Shown one piece after another: positions 8,004 to 15,922 of a DNA stretch of 44,273 nt. The stretch is from a virus. Lineage: Duplodnaviria; Caudoviricetes. Made by a program: the position numbers and the translations under genes. Positions within the stretch are counted from its first letter, which is position 1. Each line of letters opens with the position of its first letter. Under the pieces are notes generated by a model. That model was given only the letters and a program-made list of their open reading frames with translations, was not told where the DNA came from and did not search any database. The stretch spans positions 1-44,273 of the IMG/VR virus record IMGVR_UViG_3300033405_000935; one strand, written 5' to 3'.

Positions 8004-9383
8004 ATGCGCGAACAGCTGTATGCGTGTGAGCCGACCTATCTCAAGCGGTCCCTCGAGACGATCGCTAATGCGACCGAGGTCGAGATCAAACTCGCCGCGC
8101 AGATGTTCCCGAACGGATATGACGACGACGATGAGGAGGACACCGACAGCGTCTATTCAGTAGACGGTGATGTCGCTCATATCGCCATAACGGGCGAGCT
8201 TTCCATGCGCGGGCCTTCTCCGATCGCTCGCCTCTTCGGCATGCAGGGCACCTCGTATCAGTCCATTATCAAGGCTCTCGATAAAGCCGACGCCGATCCC
8301 GCCGTCAAGTCCGTCGCCCTCGATGTCAACAGCCCCGGTGGTGACATCCTGGGCATGGGTGACGTCTGGCAGCGTGTCGACCAGCTCGCCAAGCCCTCGA
8401 TCGCAATCAACCACGGCATGATGGCGAGCGCCGCCTATACCATTTCGAGTGCGTGCGACGAGATTGTCGCCACGTCCCCTGCCTGTATGACGGGCTCGTG
8501 CGGCGTCATGATAGCCGCCGTCGATGACTCCGCCGCCGAGAAAGCCTCGGGCTATCGCTCGGTGACAATCCGCTCGGCCAACGCGCCCAAAAAGAACCCC
8601 GACATTTCCACTGCCGAAGGCCGCGACATGCTCCAGGAACTCGTCGACGCCCAAGAGCGCGTAATGTTTAGCCAGATCGCCCAGGGCCGCCACGTCACCA
8701 TGGACACCGTCGCCCAGAACTACGGTCGCGGCTCGATGCTTGTGGCACAGGACCCCGACCCCCTCCAGGCTTCCGCACTCACGGTCAAGATGATTGACCG
8801 CCTCATTTCTCCCGCACCGATAACCGGGCCCATCGTGGCCCCTAGTCCATATCAGGGGCAGCATCAAGCCCCCATCCAGTCCCGTCAATCCCCCGCGTCC
8901 GCGGGTAAATCTCAGGAGGTCGAAATGAATTTCGACGAGTTCCTCGCGCAGAACCCCGACGCACGCGCGGTATTCGACCAGCGCCTCGCCACGGCGAAGG
9001 CCGAGGGTATCAAGCAGGCGCAGGCTAACGCCGCCAGGGTCGCGAAGATCATGGCAGGGGATGCCTACAAGAAGATCACGGCACTCCAGAGCAAGGCCGT
9101 CGAAGTCCTCGAAGGGAAGATCAGCTTCGAGAGCTTCGACAACCTCGTCGCGATGGCCGACATGATCGCCGAGCAGACCAAGGGCGAGCAGGGCCAGCGC
9201 GAGCAGCAGAACCAGGAGACCCCAGGTCAAGGCCAGGGCGGCTCCGCCATCGACGCCAAGGCCCTGGAGGCGATGAACTTCGCCCAGCTCCAGGCCCTCG
9301 ATGCGCCCACCATGGCGGCGATCTATAAAGATCCCGCGCTCGCCAAGGCTTACGAAGCCGCAGTCGCCAAGAGAGGGGCCTAA
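8004..9383 (+). CDS. Capsid maturation protease (S49, lambda C-like) with C-terminal scaffold
   Basis: LDVNSPGG, MASAAY and TGSCGV motifs. Confidence 0.92.
   Translation: MREQLYACEPTYLKRSLETIANATEVEIKLAAQMFPNGYDDDDEEDTDSVYSVDGDVAHIAITGELSMRGPSPIARLFGMQGTSYQSIIKALDKADADPAVKSVALDVNSPGGDILGMGDVWQRVDQLAKPSIAINHGMMASAAYTISSACDEIVATSPACMTGSCGVMIAAVDDSAAEKASGYRSVTIRSANAPKKNPDISTAEGRDMLQELVDAQERVMFSQIAQGRHVTMDTVAQNYGRGSMLVAQDPDPLQASALTVKMIDRLISPAPITGPIVAPSPYQGQHQAPIQSRQSPASAGKSQEVEMNFDEFLAQNPDARAVFDQRLATAKAEGIKQAQANAARVAKIMAGDAYKKITALQSKAVEVLEGKISFESFDNLVAMADMIAEQTKGEQGQREQQNQETPGQGQGGSAIDAKALEAMNFAQLQALDAPTMAAIYKDPALAKAYEAAVAKRGA
8925..9383 (+). CDS. Nested in-frame scaffolding protein (Nu3-like)
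   Basis: Strong internal RBS AGGAGGT before in-frame ATG (MNFDEFLAQNP), after a Pro/Gln linker. Confidence 0.7.
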   Translation: MNFDEFLAQNPDARAVFDQRLATAKAEGIKQAQANAARVAKIMAGDAYKKITALQSKAVEVLEGKISFESFDNLVAMADMIAEQTKGEQGQREQQNQETPGQGQGGSAIDAKALEAMNFAQLQALDAPTMAAIYKDPALAKAYEAAVAKRGA

Positions 9384-9386
9384 CGT

Positions 9387-9860
9387 ATGAGCAGCCAAAA
9401 CTCCGGTGTCAACAGCTCCCGCCCCCTTGTCCTATCCTCGGGCGGTAAGTATCTCGAGGCCGAGACCATCATCACCGAGGCCACCCGCACGGTGCCGCTC
9501 TCGCAGTACACCCTGATGGGCAAGATCGCCGCATCCAGCAAGTGGACCCCGATCACGAACACCACGCTGACCAACACCGATGGCAGCCAGGTCCCGCAGG
9601 GCATCTACATGGGCGACGACATCCCCGCCGCGACCCTCGCTGCGGGCGACGTAGCCAACGTCCCCATTCTTGTGGCCGACGCCCTCGTCGACGCCAGCCT
9701 TGTGGTCTTCGGCAAAGGCCCCACCGGCGCACTCGCCACGATCAGCGCGGCCTCGGTTATCACCATGGCCACTGGCCTCCCTAAGAGAATCGATGATGCC
9801 CTCGCCGAGAGGAACATCTTCTTCGACCAGACCGTCGCGATCGACGGATCGGAGAATTAA
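9387..9860 (+). CDS. Head decoration protein (gpD-like)
   Basis: Between protease and capsid; TLMGKIAASSKW...PQGI and DALAERNIFF. Confidence 0.75.
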   Translation: MSSQNSGVNSSRPLVLSSGGKYLEAETIITEATRTVPLSQYTLMGKIAASSKWTPITNTTLTNTDGSQVPQGIYMGDDIPAATLAAGDVANVPILVADALVDASLVVFGKGPTGALATISAASVITMATGLPKRIDDALAERNIFFDQTVAIDGSEN

Positions 9861-9862
9861 GC

Positions 9863-11080
9863 ATGAGCACCCCTGTCGTACTGGATTTTTATACCAGGAG
9901 CGTCGTTCCCTGGTTCGACGAAAAGAAATACATCGCCGAGCCCACCGTCTTCATGTCCATGTTCGGACATCCCGAGAACGGCAGCGTTACCACGTTCTCC
10001 CCGGACCAGAACGCCTTCGATGGCGAGATCACCCGAGGCAACCTCCGCACGGCGACGCTCGTCCCGCGCGGCACCAACGCCCGGCCACTTGGCAGCCCCG
10101 GCGCGACACAGCCGCACTCGGACCTATCGCAGGCCATCGCATCCTATTTCTCGAGGAAATACCCCCTCGTGGAGGAGTACGCGAGCGTAACCGCCGACCA
10201 GACCCTGAACCGGGTCCCCGGCGAGTCCCCTTTCGAGGGGCGCCAGCGTGTCGATCGCTACAAGACCCTCATGGGCCGTGGCTATGAGGAGGGCGTCCGC
10301 CGCATCATCCGCCTTGACGAGTACCTCGCCAGTCAATCGATCCTCACGGGCAAGCAGCCCGTCGTAAACCTCCAGAACACCACGGACGTATACGACTGGA
10401 GGCGAAACTCCGGCAACAACGTCACCGTGGGCACCCTCTGGTCTGGCGCTGGCACCCCACTCACGGACATCGATAACCTCTGCGAGGCCATCCTCCAGAA
10501 CGGCAAGGTCCGCGTCGACACTGCGCTCATGGGCGGCAAGGCCCTCGGGGCCTTGCTCGGCAACAGCCAGCTCACCACGGTCTACGCCAACAAGCTGTTC
10601 TATGACCTGACCTACTTCGGCCCGAACTTCCAGCCCGACCCGAAGTACGCGAAGCTCATCGCGGGCGGCGCGATCCCCTACGCGAAGCTGCGCACCCCGC
10701 GCGGCTACGACATCACGATCTTCACGTACCCGCACTTCTACCAGAATGCGGCCGGCGCCTACACCAAGTACCTCACCGACAACAGCTGCGTGCTCTACAG
10801 CACCCAGGCCCGCGCGGACAGGTTCTTCGGTCCGCCCGAGGCCTTCAGCCCCACCGTTGCGGATATCCAGTACTTCATGGAGCGCCTCGGCTTCAACCCG
10901 AATACGCCCTACCTCCCCCAGGGTGTGCTCGCAGGCGACGGCGTCGTGATCCCCGAGACCATCTACGCCCAGCTCCTCCGCGATCCCTCGGGCAAGGTCG
11001 AGACCCTGCGACTCCAGCACGCGCCGATTTTCCAGCCGACGCAGACCGACGGCTTCGGCGTCCTGCAGACGCTTGCCTAA
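9863..11080 (+). CDS. Major capsid protein (lambda gpE family)
   Basis: 405 aa; IIRLDEYLASQSILTGK and WS...PLTDI motifs; strong codon bias. Confidence 0.9.
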   Translation: MSTPVVLDFYTRSVVPWFDEKKYIAEPTVFMSMFGHPENGSVTTFSPDQNAFDGEITRGNLRTATLVPRGTNARPLGSPGATQPHSDLSQAIASYFSRKYPLVEEYASVTADQTLNRVPGESPFEGRQRVDRYKTLMGRGYEEGVRRIIRLDEYLASQSILTGKQPVVNLQNTTDVYDWRRNSGNNVTVGTLWSGAGTPLTDIDNLCEAILQNGKVRVDTALMGGKALGALLGNSQLTTVYANKLFYDLTYFGPNFQPDPKYAKLIAGGAIPYAKLRTPRGYDITIFTYPHFYQNAAGAYTKYLTDNSCVLYSTQARADRFFGPPEAFSPTVADIQYFMERLGFNPNTPYLPQGVLAGDGVVIPETIYAQLLRDPSGKVETLRLQHAPIFQPTQTDGFGVLQTLA

Positions 11081-11094
11081 GCCAGAGGGTGACC

Positions 11095-11250
11095 ATGACC
11101 AAGAAATTGGTTTGGATCGGTCCCGGCTGCCTCAAGGAGGGCCGGGACACGATCTACGAACCCGGAGATGAGGTCCGGGAACTGCGCCACGACCAGCGAC
11201 AGTTGCGGATTTGGATAGCCCAGGGCCGCTGTGAATATCAAGACCGCTAA
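11095..11250 (+). CDS. Small hypothetical protein (51 aa, MTKKLVWIGPGCLKEG...)
   Basis: Translated by hand; GAGGGT RBS; fills the gap after the capsid gene. Confidence 0.6.
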   Translation: MTKKLVWIGPGCLKEGRDTIYEPGDEVRELRHDQRQLRIWIAQGRCEYQDR

Positions 11251-11268
11251 AGCCACAAGGAGGCTGCT

Positions 11269-11763
11269 ATGATCCCGTTCCGAGTTCTGCTCGGCCAAGT
11301 CGAAGAGAAGAAGCCCGATGGTTCTATCATCCGGCACAAGCAGGGGAAAATTGTCCGCGAGCATTCCTTCGCGGATAACCACATCCTCCTCATGATCGCC
11401 GACGGTCACATCGAGAAAGTGAAGGATGTCGACGGCGAGACCGTCTCCGTCATCACGATCCCGAAGACCGATATCAACGGCCAAGCGGAGCTCGACGAGA
11501 AGGGCCGCCCCATCATCGAGAAGTCTGAGGTACAAGACGGCCTCACCGCCGTTCCCGAGCGCCCCGCAAGCGAGGCCGCCACAGGCGCCGCGATCGCCCA
11601 GGCCGGCGAGAAGTTCAGCGAGGGCGCCGAGGCCAGGGCCCGCGCTGCATGGCTCGCTGCCCATCCCGGAGAGAACCCCGATGGTAAGCTCGAGCTCGAC
11701 CCCGCCGAGGGCGCGCCCGCGCTTGGTCAGGGCGGCATCGGAGCTGCAGGGGGCGCCAAGTGA
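11269..11763 (+). CDS. Hypothetical protein
   Basis: AGGAGG RBS; operon position; codon usage. Confidence 0.7.
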   Translation: MIPFRVLLGQVEEKKPDGSIIRHKQGKIVREHSFADNHILLMIADGHIEKVKDVDGETVSVITIPKTDINGQAELDEKGRPIIEKSEVQDGLTAVPERPASEAATGAAIAQAGEKFSEGAEARARAAWLAAHPGENPDGKLELDPAEGAPALGQGGIGAAGGAK

Positions 11764-12044
11764 TCCTCCCCTCTGGCTTTGAAGTCCACCTAAGCACGGG
11801 CATCGTCTATCGTGCCGGTGCCGATTGTCCCGATGATGCTCTGAAAACCCACGGCGTCTATGACGTCGTTAAGGCCTGGAATGCCAAGGTAGCCGCAGCC
11901 GTCGCCTCGGGCAACGTAACCCAAGATCAGGCTGTGGCTATGCAGGGCTCCGATCTCCAGGCCATCGTCGATGCCGCCGCCGCTCAAGCGAAGAGCACAA
12001 CCAAACCGGCTACAGCTCCCGCCGCGTCCGGATCGGGTAGTTAA
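11760..12044 (+). CDS. Hypothetical protein
   Basis: GTGA coupling to the upstream gene. Confidence 0.65.
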   Translation: MILPSGFEVHLSTGIVYRAGADCPDDALKTHGVYDVVKAWNAKVAAAVASGNVTQDQAVAMQGSDLQAIVDAAAAQAKSTTKPATAPAASGSGS

Positions 12045-12046
12045 AA

Positions 12047-12460
12047 ATGGACTATGGTCTCCGAGCGCAGATCGAGAGCGACCTCGCGGACTGCATTGAG
12101 GGCGAATTCGGCGTACCCGTCTCACTAACGGACCCGAACGGCGTGGTCTATGATACAAACGCAAACAACACCACTCTGCCCCTGCTTGCCCGCGTCCTCT
12201 ACGATCAGCGCAAGGAGACCGTCAATAAATCTGGTGATCCCGTCATCGTCTACGAGACTGTAGTCACGTTGCGCCGCTCAAGTCTGGCGCGTGTTCCTGC
12301 CGCCGGGGAGCGTTGGAAGGTCTCAATCCCCAAGGATTCCACTGTCGGCGCGCCTTATTCCACGTTCCTCGTCACGCTTGGCCGCGCCAACGAAAGCGGC
12401 CGCTCTATCGGCTATATCAGCCTCTATCCAAGTGATGCTGAGCAGGTGGCATCCTCGTGA
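12047..12460 (+). CDS. Head-tail joining/closure protein (gpFII-like)
   Basis: Size, beta-rich composition and position before tail genes. Confidence 0.6.
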   Translation: MDYGLRAQIESDLADCIEGEFGVPVSLTDPNGVVYDTNANNTTLPLLARVLYDQRKETVNKSGDPVIVYETVVTLRRSSLARVPAAGERWKVSIPKDSTVGAPYSTFLVTLGRANESGRSIGYISLYPSDAEQVASS

Positions 12461-13122
12461 TGCAGTTCACCATCGTCAAAAACGCGATCGTCGCCTTACT
12501 CCGGGCGAACGCGGGCGGCCTCTTTCAGGTCATGCATTCAGGGCCCCAGCGCCTCGATGTCGACCTCATCGCGGGCACCGATAAGCGCCTGGTCGTCGTC
12601 GAGTATGAGCACGGCGAATTCCCCGACACCGTGAATTCCATTGATGGCGGCCATATCCACGACGCGACGTATCGCATCGAGCTTTTAGTCTCGTCTGCCG
12701 CACAGGTCGATCTTGCCACCCTCGATACCACGACCGACCCCGCCGCACGTGCCGCAGCCCTCGCAGCCGCCATCGACCCCATAGACCAGGCCGATGCCGA
12801 CTGGGACAGCCTCTATTCGTTGATCTGGGGGATCCTCATGGCGCCCCAAAACGACGATCTCGGACTCGGGCTTGGTATCATCGCCAACCGCAAAGTAATC
12901 GACGCCCAGAAAGGCAACGCCATTCCTGAAGGCGATCGCGTCACCCTCGGCGGCTTCCTTCATTTCCAGGTTCGCATGGTCGAAACCCCTGTCGGCGAGA
13001 CCGGTACTCCGGCTGACGAGCAGGGCCTTGGCTACTCGCTAGACACCGTAATTAACGCCACGTCCGATGTAACGGGCGCCGGCATGGATAGCGCCGAACA
13101 GGGCGTAAAGGCAGGTACTTAA
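12457..13122 (+). CDS. Tail completion/terminator protein
   Basis: Acidic 221-aa protein immediately before the sheath. Confidence 0.55.
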   Translation: MMQFTIVKNAIVALLRANAGGLFQVMHSGPQRLDVDLIAGTDKRLVVVEYEHGEFPDTVNSIDGGHIHDATYRIELLVSSAAQVDLATLDTTTDPAARAAALAAAIDPIDQADADWDSLYSLIWGILMAPQNDDLGLGLGIIANRKVIDAQKGNAIPEGDRVTLGGFLHFQVRMVETPVGETGTPADEQGLGYSLDTVINATSDVTGAGMDSAEQGVKAGT

Positions 13123-14690
13123 TGGGCATAGCCGCTAGCTCTCTCGCTGCAGGCGTCGCCGCCGGTGGCCAGAACACCACGTTTGTTCCCTCCGCGACCG
13201 TCCTCGCGCGGAAGATCCTCGTCATGGGTTCGCCCCTGGCTGCCAAGATCGCCAGCGTGACCCTGGCAGTCCCTCAGCTCATCATCAGCCCCCAGGACGC
13301 CATCAACCGCTATGGCGCGGGCTCCATGCTCGCCAGGCTCATCACTCAGGTATTTGCCGCGACGAACTACCAGGTGCCCGTCTACGCCTTCCCCGAGGCC
13401 GACGGCACGACCGCTGCCACGGGCACGTTTACCATTGCGGGCACACCGACCGCCGCGGGCACGCTGACCGTGTATGTCGCGGGCGTCGCCTATGCGATCT
13501 CCGTGGCAACCACGGACACCCCGACCACCATCGGCGCCAACCTGGTCGCCGCCCTGGCCGCTGACGCTAATTGCCCTGTGACTGCTGTTAACGCTGCCGG
13601 CGTCGTCACCTGCACCGCCAAATCGAAGGGCCTCTATGGCAACGGCATCAGCCTTGCGGTCAACGCCTGGCCGCAGAATGGCGATGCACTCCCCGCCGGC
13701 GTCACCTGCGCCGTCGTCGCCATGGCCTCGGGCGCGGGGACCCCGACGGTCGCCACCGACCTCAACGGCCTCGGCGTAGGCTCGAATCAGAATAACCTCT
13801 GGTTCACCGACGTAGTCCATGGCTACATGGAGGACGTGACCACGCTTGCCGCGATCTCTACTTATAACGGCCTTGCGAACGGCTACACGGGCAACTATGA
13901 CCGCATCGTGGGCCGCCCCTTCCGCTGCTTCACCGGCGACGTAGCGCCCGGCAGCGCAGGCCTCACTGCCCTCCTCGCCCTGACCGCCGCCAACACCAGC
14001 GACCGGACGAACATCGTGATCGCGGTTCCAGGTAGCCTCACCCATCCGTCCGAGATCGCCGCCGTTGCGTGCGGCGTCTGCGCTAAGATCAACGCCAACG
14101 CTGCCGAACAGAACTATCTCGGCCAGGCGCTCCCCGGCGTCGATCCCGGCAATATCATAGGCCTTGCGGGTAACGACTGGACGGATCAGTACGCTAACCG
14201 CAATACCGCCGTATCGAACGGAATCAGTCCGACCACGGGCACGGGCTCAACGGTCTATCTGCAGAACGTCGTCACGTTCTACGATCCCTCGACCGTCCCT
14301 GCGACTTCGAACGCCTATCGTGAGGCCGTGAACATTTCGAAGCTGCAGAACATTTTCAACTCCATCGCGGTGAATTTCGCCAGCCCGAAATGGACCGGGT
14401 ACAACATCGTGAAGAACACAAAGAACGTCACGGCCTCGGCCTCTCGCCTTATCGCCCGCGACATCGACAGCGTGATCGAGGATTATGTCGCGCTCGCCAA
14501 GAGCTGGGAGAAGAACGGCTGGATTTACACTGCCGACTTCACGATCTCGGCTCTGAAGGCTGGCGGCTGCGTAACCCCGCGAACTGGCGGCGATGGCTTT
14601 GCCTCGAACATCCCGATCATCCTCTCGGGCGTTGGCAACATCATCGATACCAACGTCATGTATGACATCAGCCTTGCGGCTGTGAGCTAA
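13122..14690 (+). CDS. Tail sheath protein (Mu gpL-like)
   Basis: YGAGSMLAR, ATGTFTIAG..TAAGTL, PVTA...VTCTAKSKG..GN and NGISP motifs. Confidence 0.92.
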   Translation: MGIAASSLAAGVAAGGQNTTFVPSATVLARKILVMGSPLAAKIASVTLAVPQLIISPQDAINRYGAGSMLARLITQVFAATNYQVPVYAFPEADGTTAATGTFTIAGTPTAAGTLTVYVAGVAYAISVATTDTPTTIGANLVAALAADANCPVTAVNAAGVVTCTAKSKGLYGNGISLAVNAWPQNGDALPAGVTCAVVAMASGAGTPTVATDLNGLGVGSNQNNLWFTDVVHGYMEDVTTLAAISTYNGLANGYTGNYDRIVGRPFRCFTGDVAPGSAGLTALLALTAANTSDRTNIVIAVPGSLTHPSEIAAVACGVCAKINANAAEQNYLGQALPGVDPGNIIGLAGNDWTDQYANRNTAVSNGISPTTGTGSTVYLQNVVTFYDPSTVPATSNAYREAVNISKLQNIFNSIAVNFASPKWTGYNIVKNTKNVTASASRLIARDIDSVIEDYVALAKSWEKNGWIYTADFTISALKAGGCVTPRTGGDGFASNIPIILSGVGNIIDTNVMYDISLAAVS

Positions 14691-14700
14691 GGAGCGCGAA

Positions 14701-14859
14701 ATGAGACCAGAAATAGAAGCAGCCTTGCGGGATGTCTGGGCGAACATCGACGGGCTCATCGCGGCCGAGGTCGACCTTGAGCCCGGCGTCACTCCCGAGC
14801 TCGTAACCGCCCTCGCCGGCGCGCATAGCGAGCTCAATAAGCTCTTTGGAGGGAACTAA
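14701..14859 (+). CDS. Small helical hypothetical protein (52 aa, MRPEIEAALRDVW...)
   Basis: Translated by hand; AAGGAG RBS; exactly fills the sheath-tube gap. Confidence 0.65.
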   Translation: MRPEIEAALRDVWANIDGLIAAEVDLEPGVTPELVTALAGAHSELNKLFGGN

Positions 14860-14862
14860 GCC

Positions 14863-15249
14863 ATGGCCAAAGACCTAGCCGGATCGATCACTAAAGTTGC
14901 CATCAACGGTGTCACCTATCGCGTTGCCACTGACGCCGACCTCTCGAGGCCCGGTGGCAAATTCAAGAACGAGGCCATGGCGTCCTCGGGCGGAAACTTT
15001 CGCAAGATGACTAAGCAGCCCGAGGAGGTGAAGTCCTGCGTCCTCCTCGTCAATGCCGATGAGGCTGCGACGCTCAAGGCCCTGAACGATGGCATCGTGA
15101 ACGTAACGCTGTCCTATACCAACGCCGCCGGCGATTCGTTCAAGGCGGCGTCGGGTTGGATCAATTTCGATACCTGGACCACTCAGGACTCGAAGGCGAC
15201 CTTGTCCATGTTCCCTAGTGATACATGGGAGAGCTTCGTCAACGCATAG
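14863..15249 (+). CDS. Tail tube protein (Mu gpM-like)
   Basis: 128 aa, LAGSITKVAING N-terminus, follows the sheath. Confidence 0.8.
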   Translation: MAKDLAGSITKVAINGVTYRVATDADLSRPGGKFKNEAMASSGGNFRKMTKQPEEVKSCVLLVNADEAATLKALNDGIVNVTLSYTNAAGDSFKAASGWINFDTWTTQDSKATLSMFPSDTWESFVNA

Positions 15250-15296
15250 CATTTTAGGCGTCCAGGAAGGGCGCCCTGATTTCTAGGAGGCAAACT

Positions 15297-15752
15297 ATGT
15301 CCAAGTCCAAATGGGCCCCTGAGGTCCAGCCACAGAAGAAAATCAGTGATGATTCCGCGGCCGCCCAGGTCAAGGAACTCATCGCGTACTACTCGATCAA
15401 CCCCGACGAGCTCGAGTCCGAAGACGTCCGCAAGGCCGTTGAGTCGGGCCTCAACCGACTCTCGTCTTACTACGCCCGCGGATTCCTTGAGAACAAAATC
15501 GGCACCGACGGCAAGCTTTCCGTAATCCAATACCTCCAGGGCAACACTGGCACGGCCAAGGAGCTCAGCTACGGCGAGCTCTCGGGACAGCACAAGGTCG
15601 CCATGGACGGCTTCGACCCCAAGGCCAACTACCAGCGTCAGCACGCCCTCATGGCCAGCCTCGCGGGCGTCACGGACGACGCAATCAAGGGCCTCCACGG
15701 CGTCGACCTGTCCGTCTGCGAGACCCTCGCGCTGGTTTTTCTCCAGGCCTAG
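15297..15752 (+). CDS. Tail assembly chaperone (G-type)
   Basis: AGGAGG RBS; between tube and tape measure; ASLAG...IKGL..VDL...FL C-terminus. Confidence 0.8.
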   Translation: MSKSKWAPEVQPQKKISDDSAAAQVKELIAYYSINPDELESEDVRKAVESGLNRLSSYYARGFLENKIGTDGKLSVIQYLQGNTGTAKELSYGELSGQHKVAMDGFDPKANYQRQHALMASLAGVTDDAIKGLHGVDLSVCETLALVFLQA

Positions 15753-15922
15753 AGCGCATGGATCAGTGGATGGGCGACCTCTTCTTCCGAGGCGCGAGCC
15801 CATCCGAGATCGAGGCCATGGGCTTTAGGCGGATGAAATACTGGCATACCTGGGCGAAAGCTATGGCCGAGCAAGAACGGCAGGAAATGGGGCGGCGACA
15901 GCAGGAGGCGGGGATTGCCTGA
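15734..15922 (+). CDS. -1 frameshift extension of the chaperone (GT-type), slippery site G GTT TTT at 15734-15740
   Basis: The -1 frame is open from the T-run to TGA 15920-15922 and encodes ...GASPSEIEAMGFRRMKYW..., resembling P2 gpE'-type extensions. Confidence 0.7.
   Translation, partial: GFSPGLERMDQWMGDLFFRGASPSEIEAMGFRRMKYWHTWAKAMAEQERQEMGRRQQEAGIA

Noticed and set aside
8157-9398. 413-aa - strand ORF (also 10124-11020, 13119-14045, 16053-16814)
   Set aside because: Antisense shadows of strongly codon-biased GC-rich structural genes; no motifs or RBS
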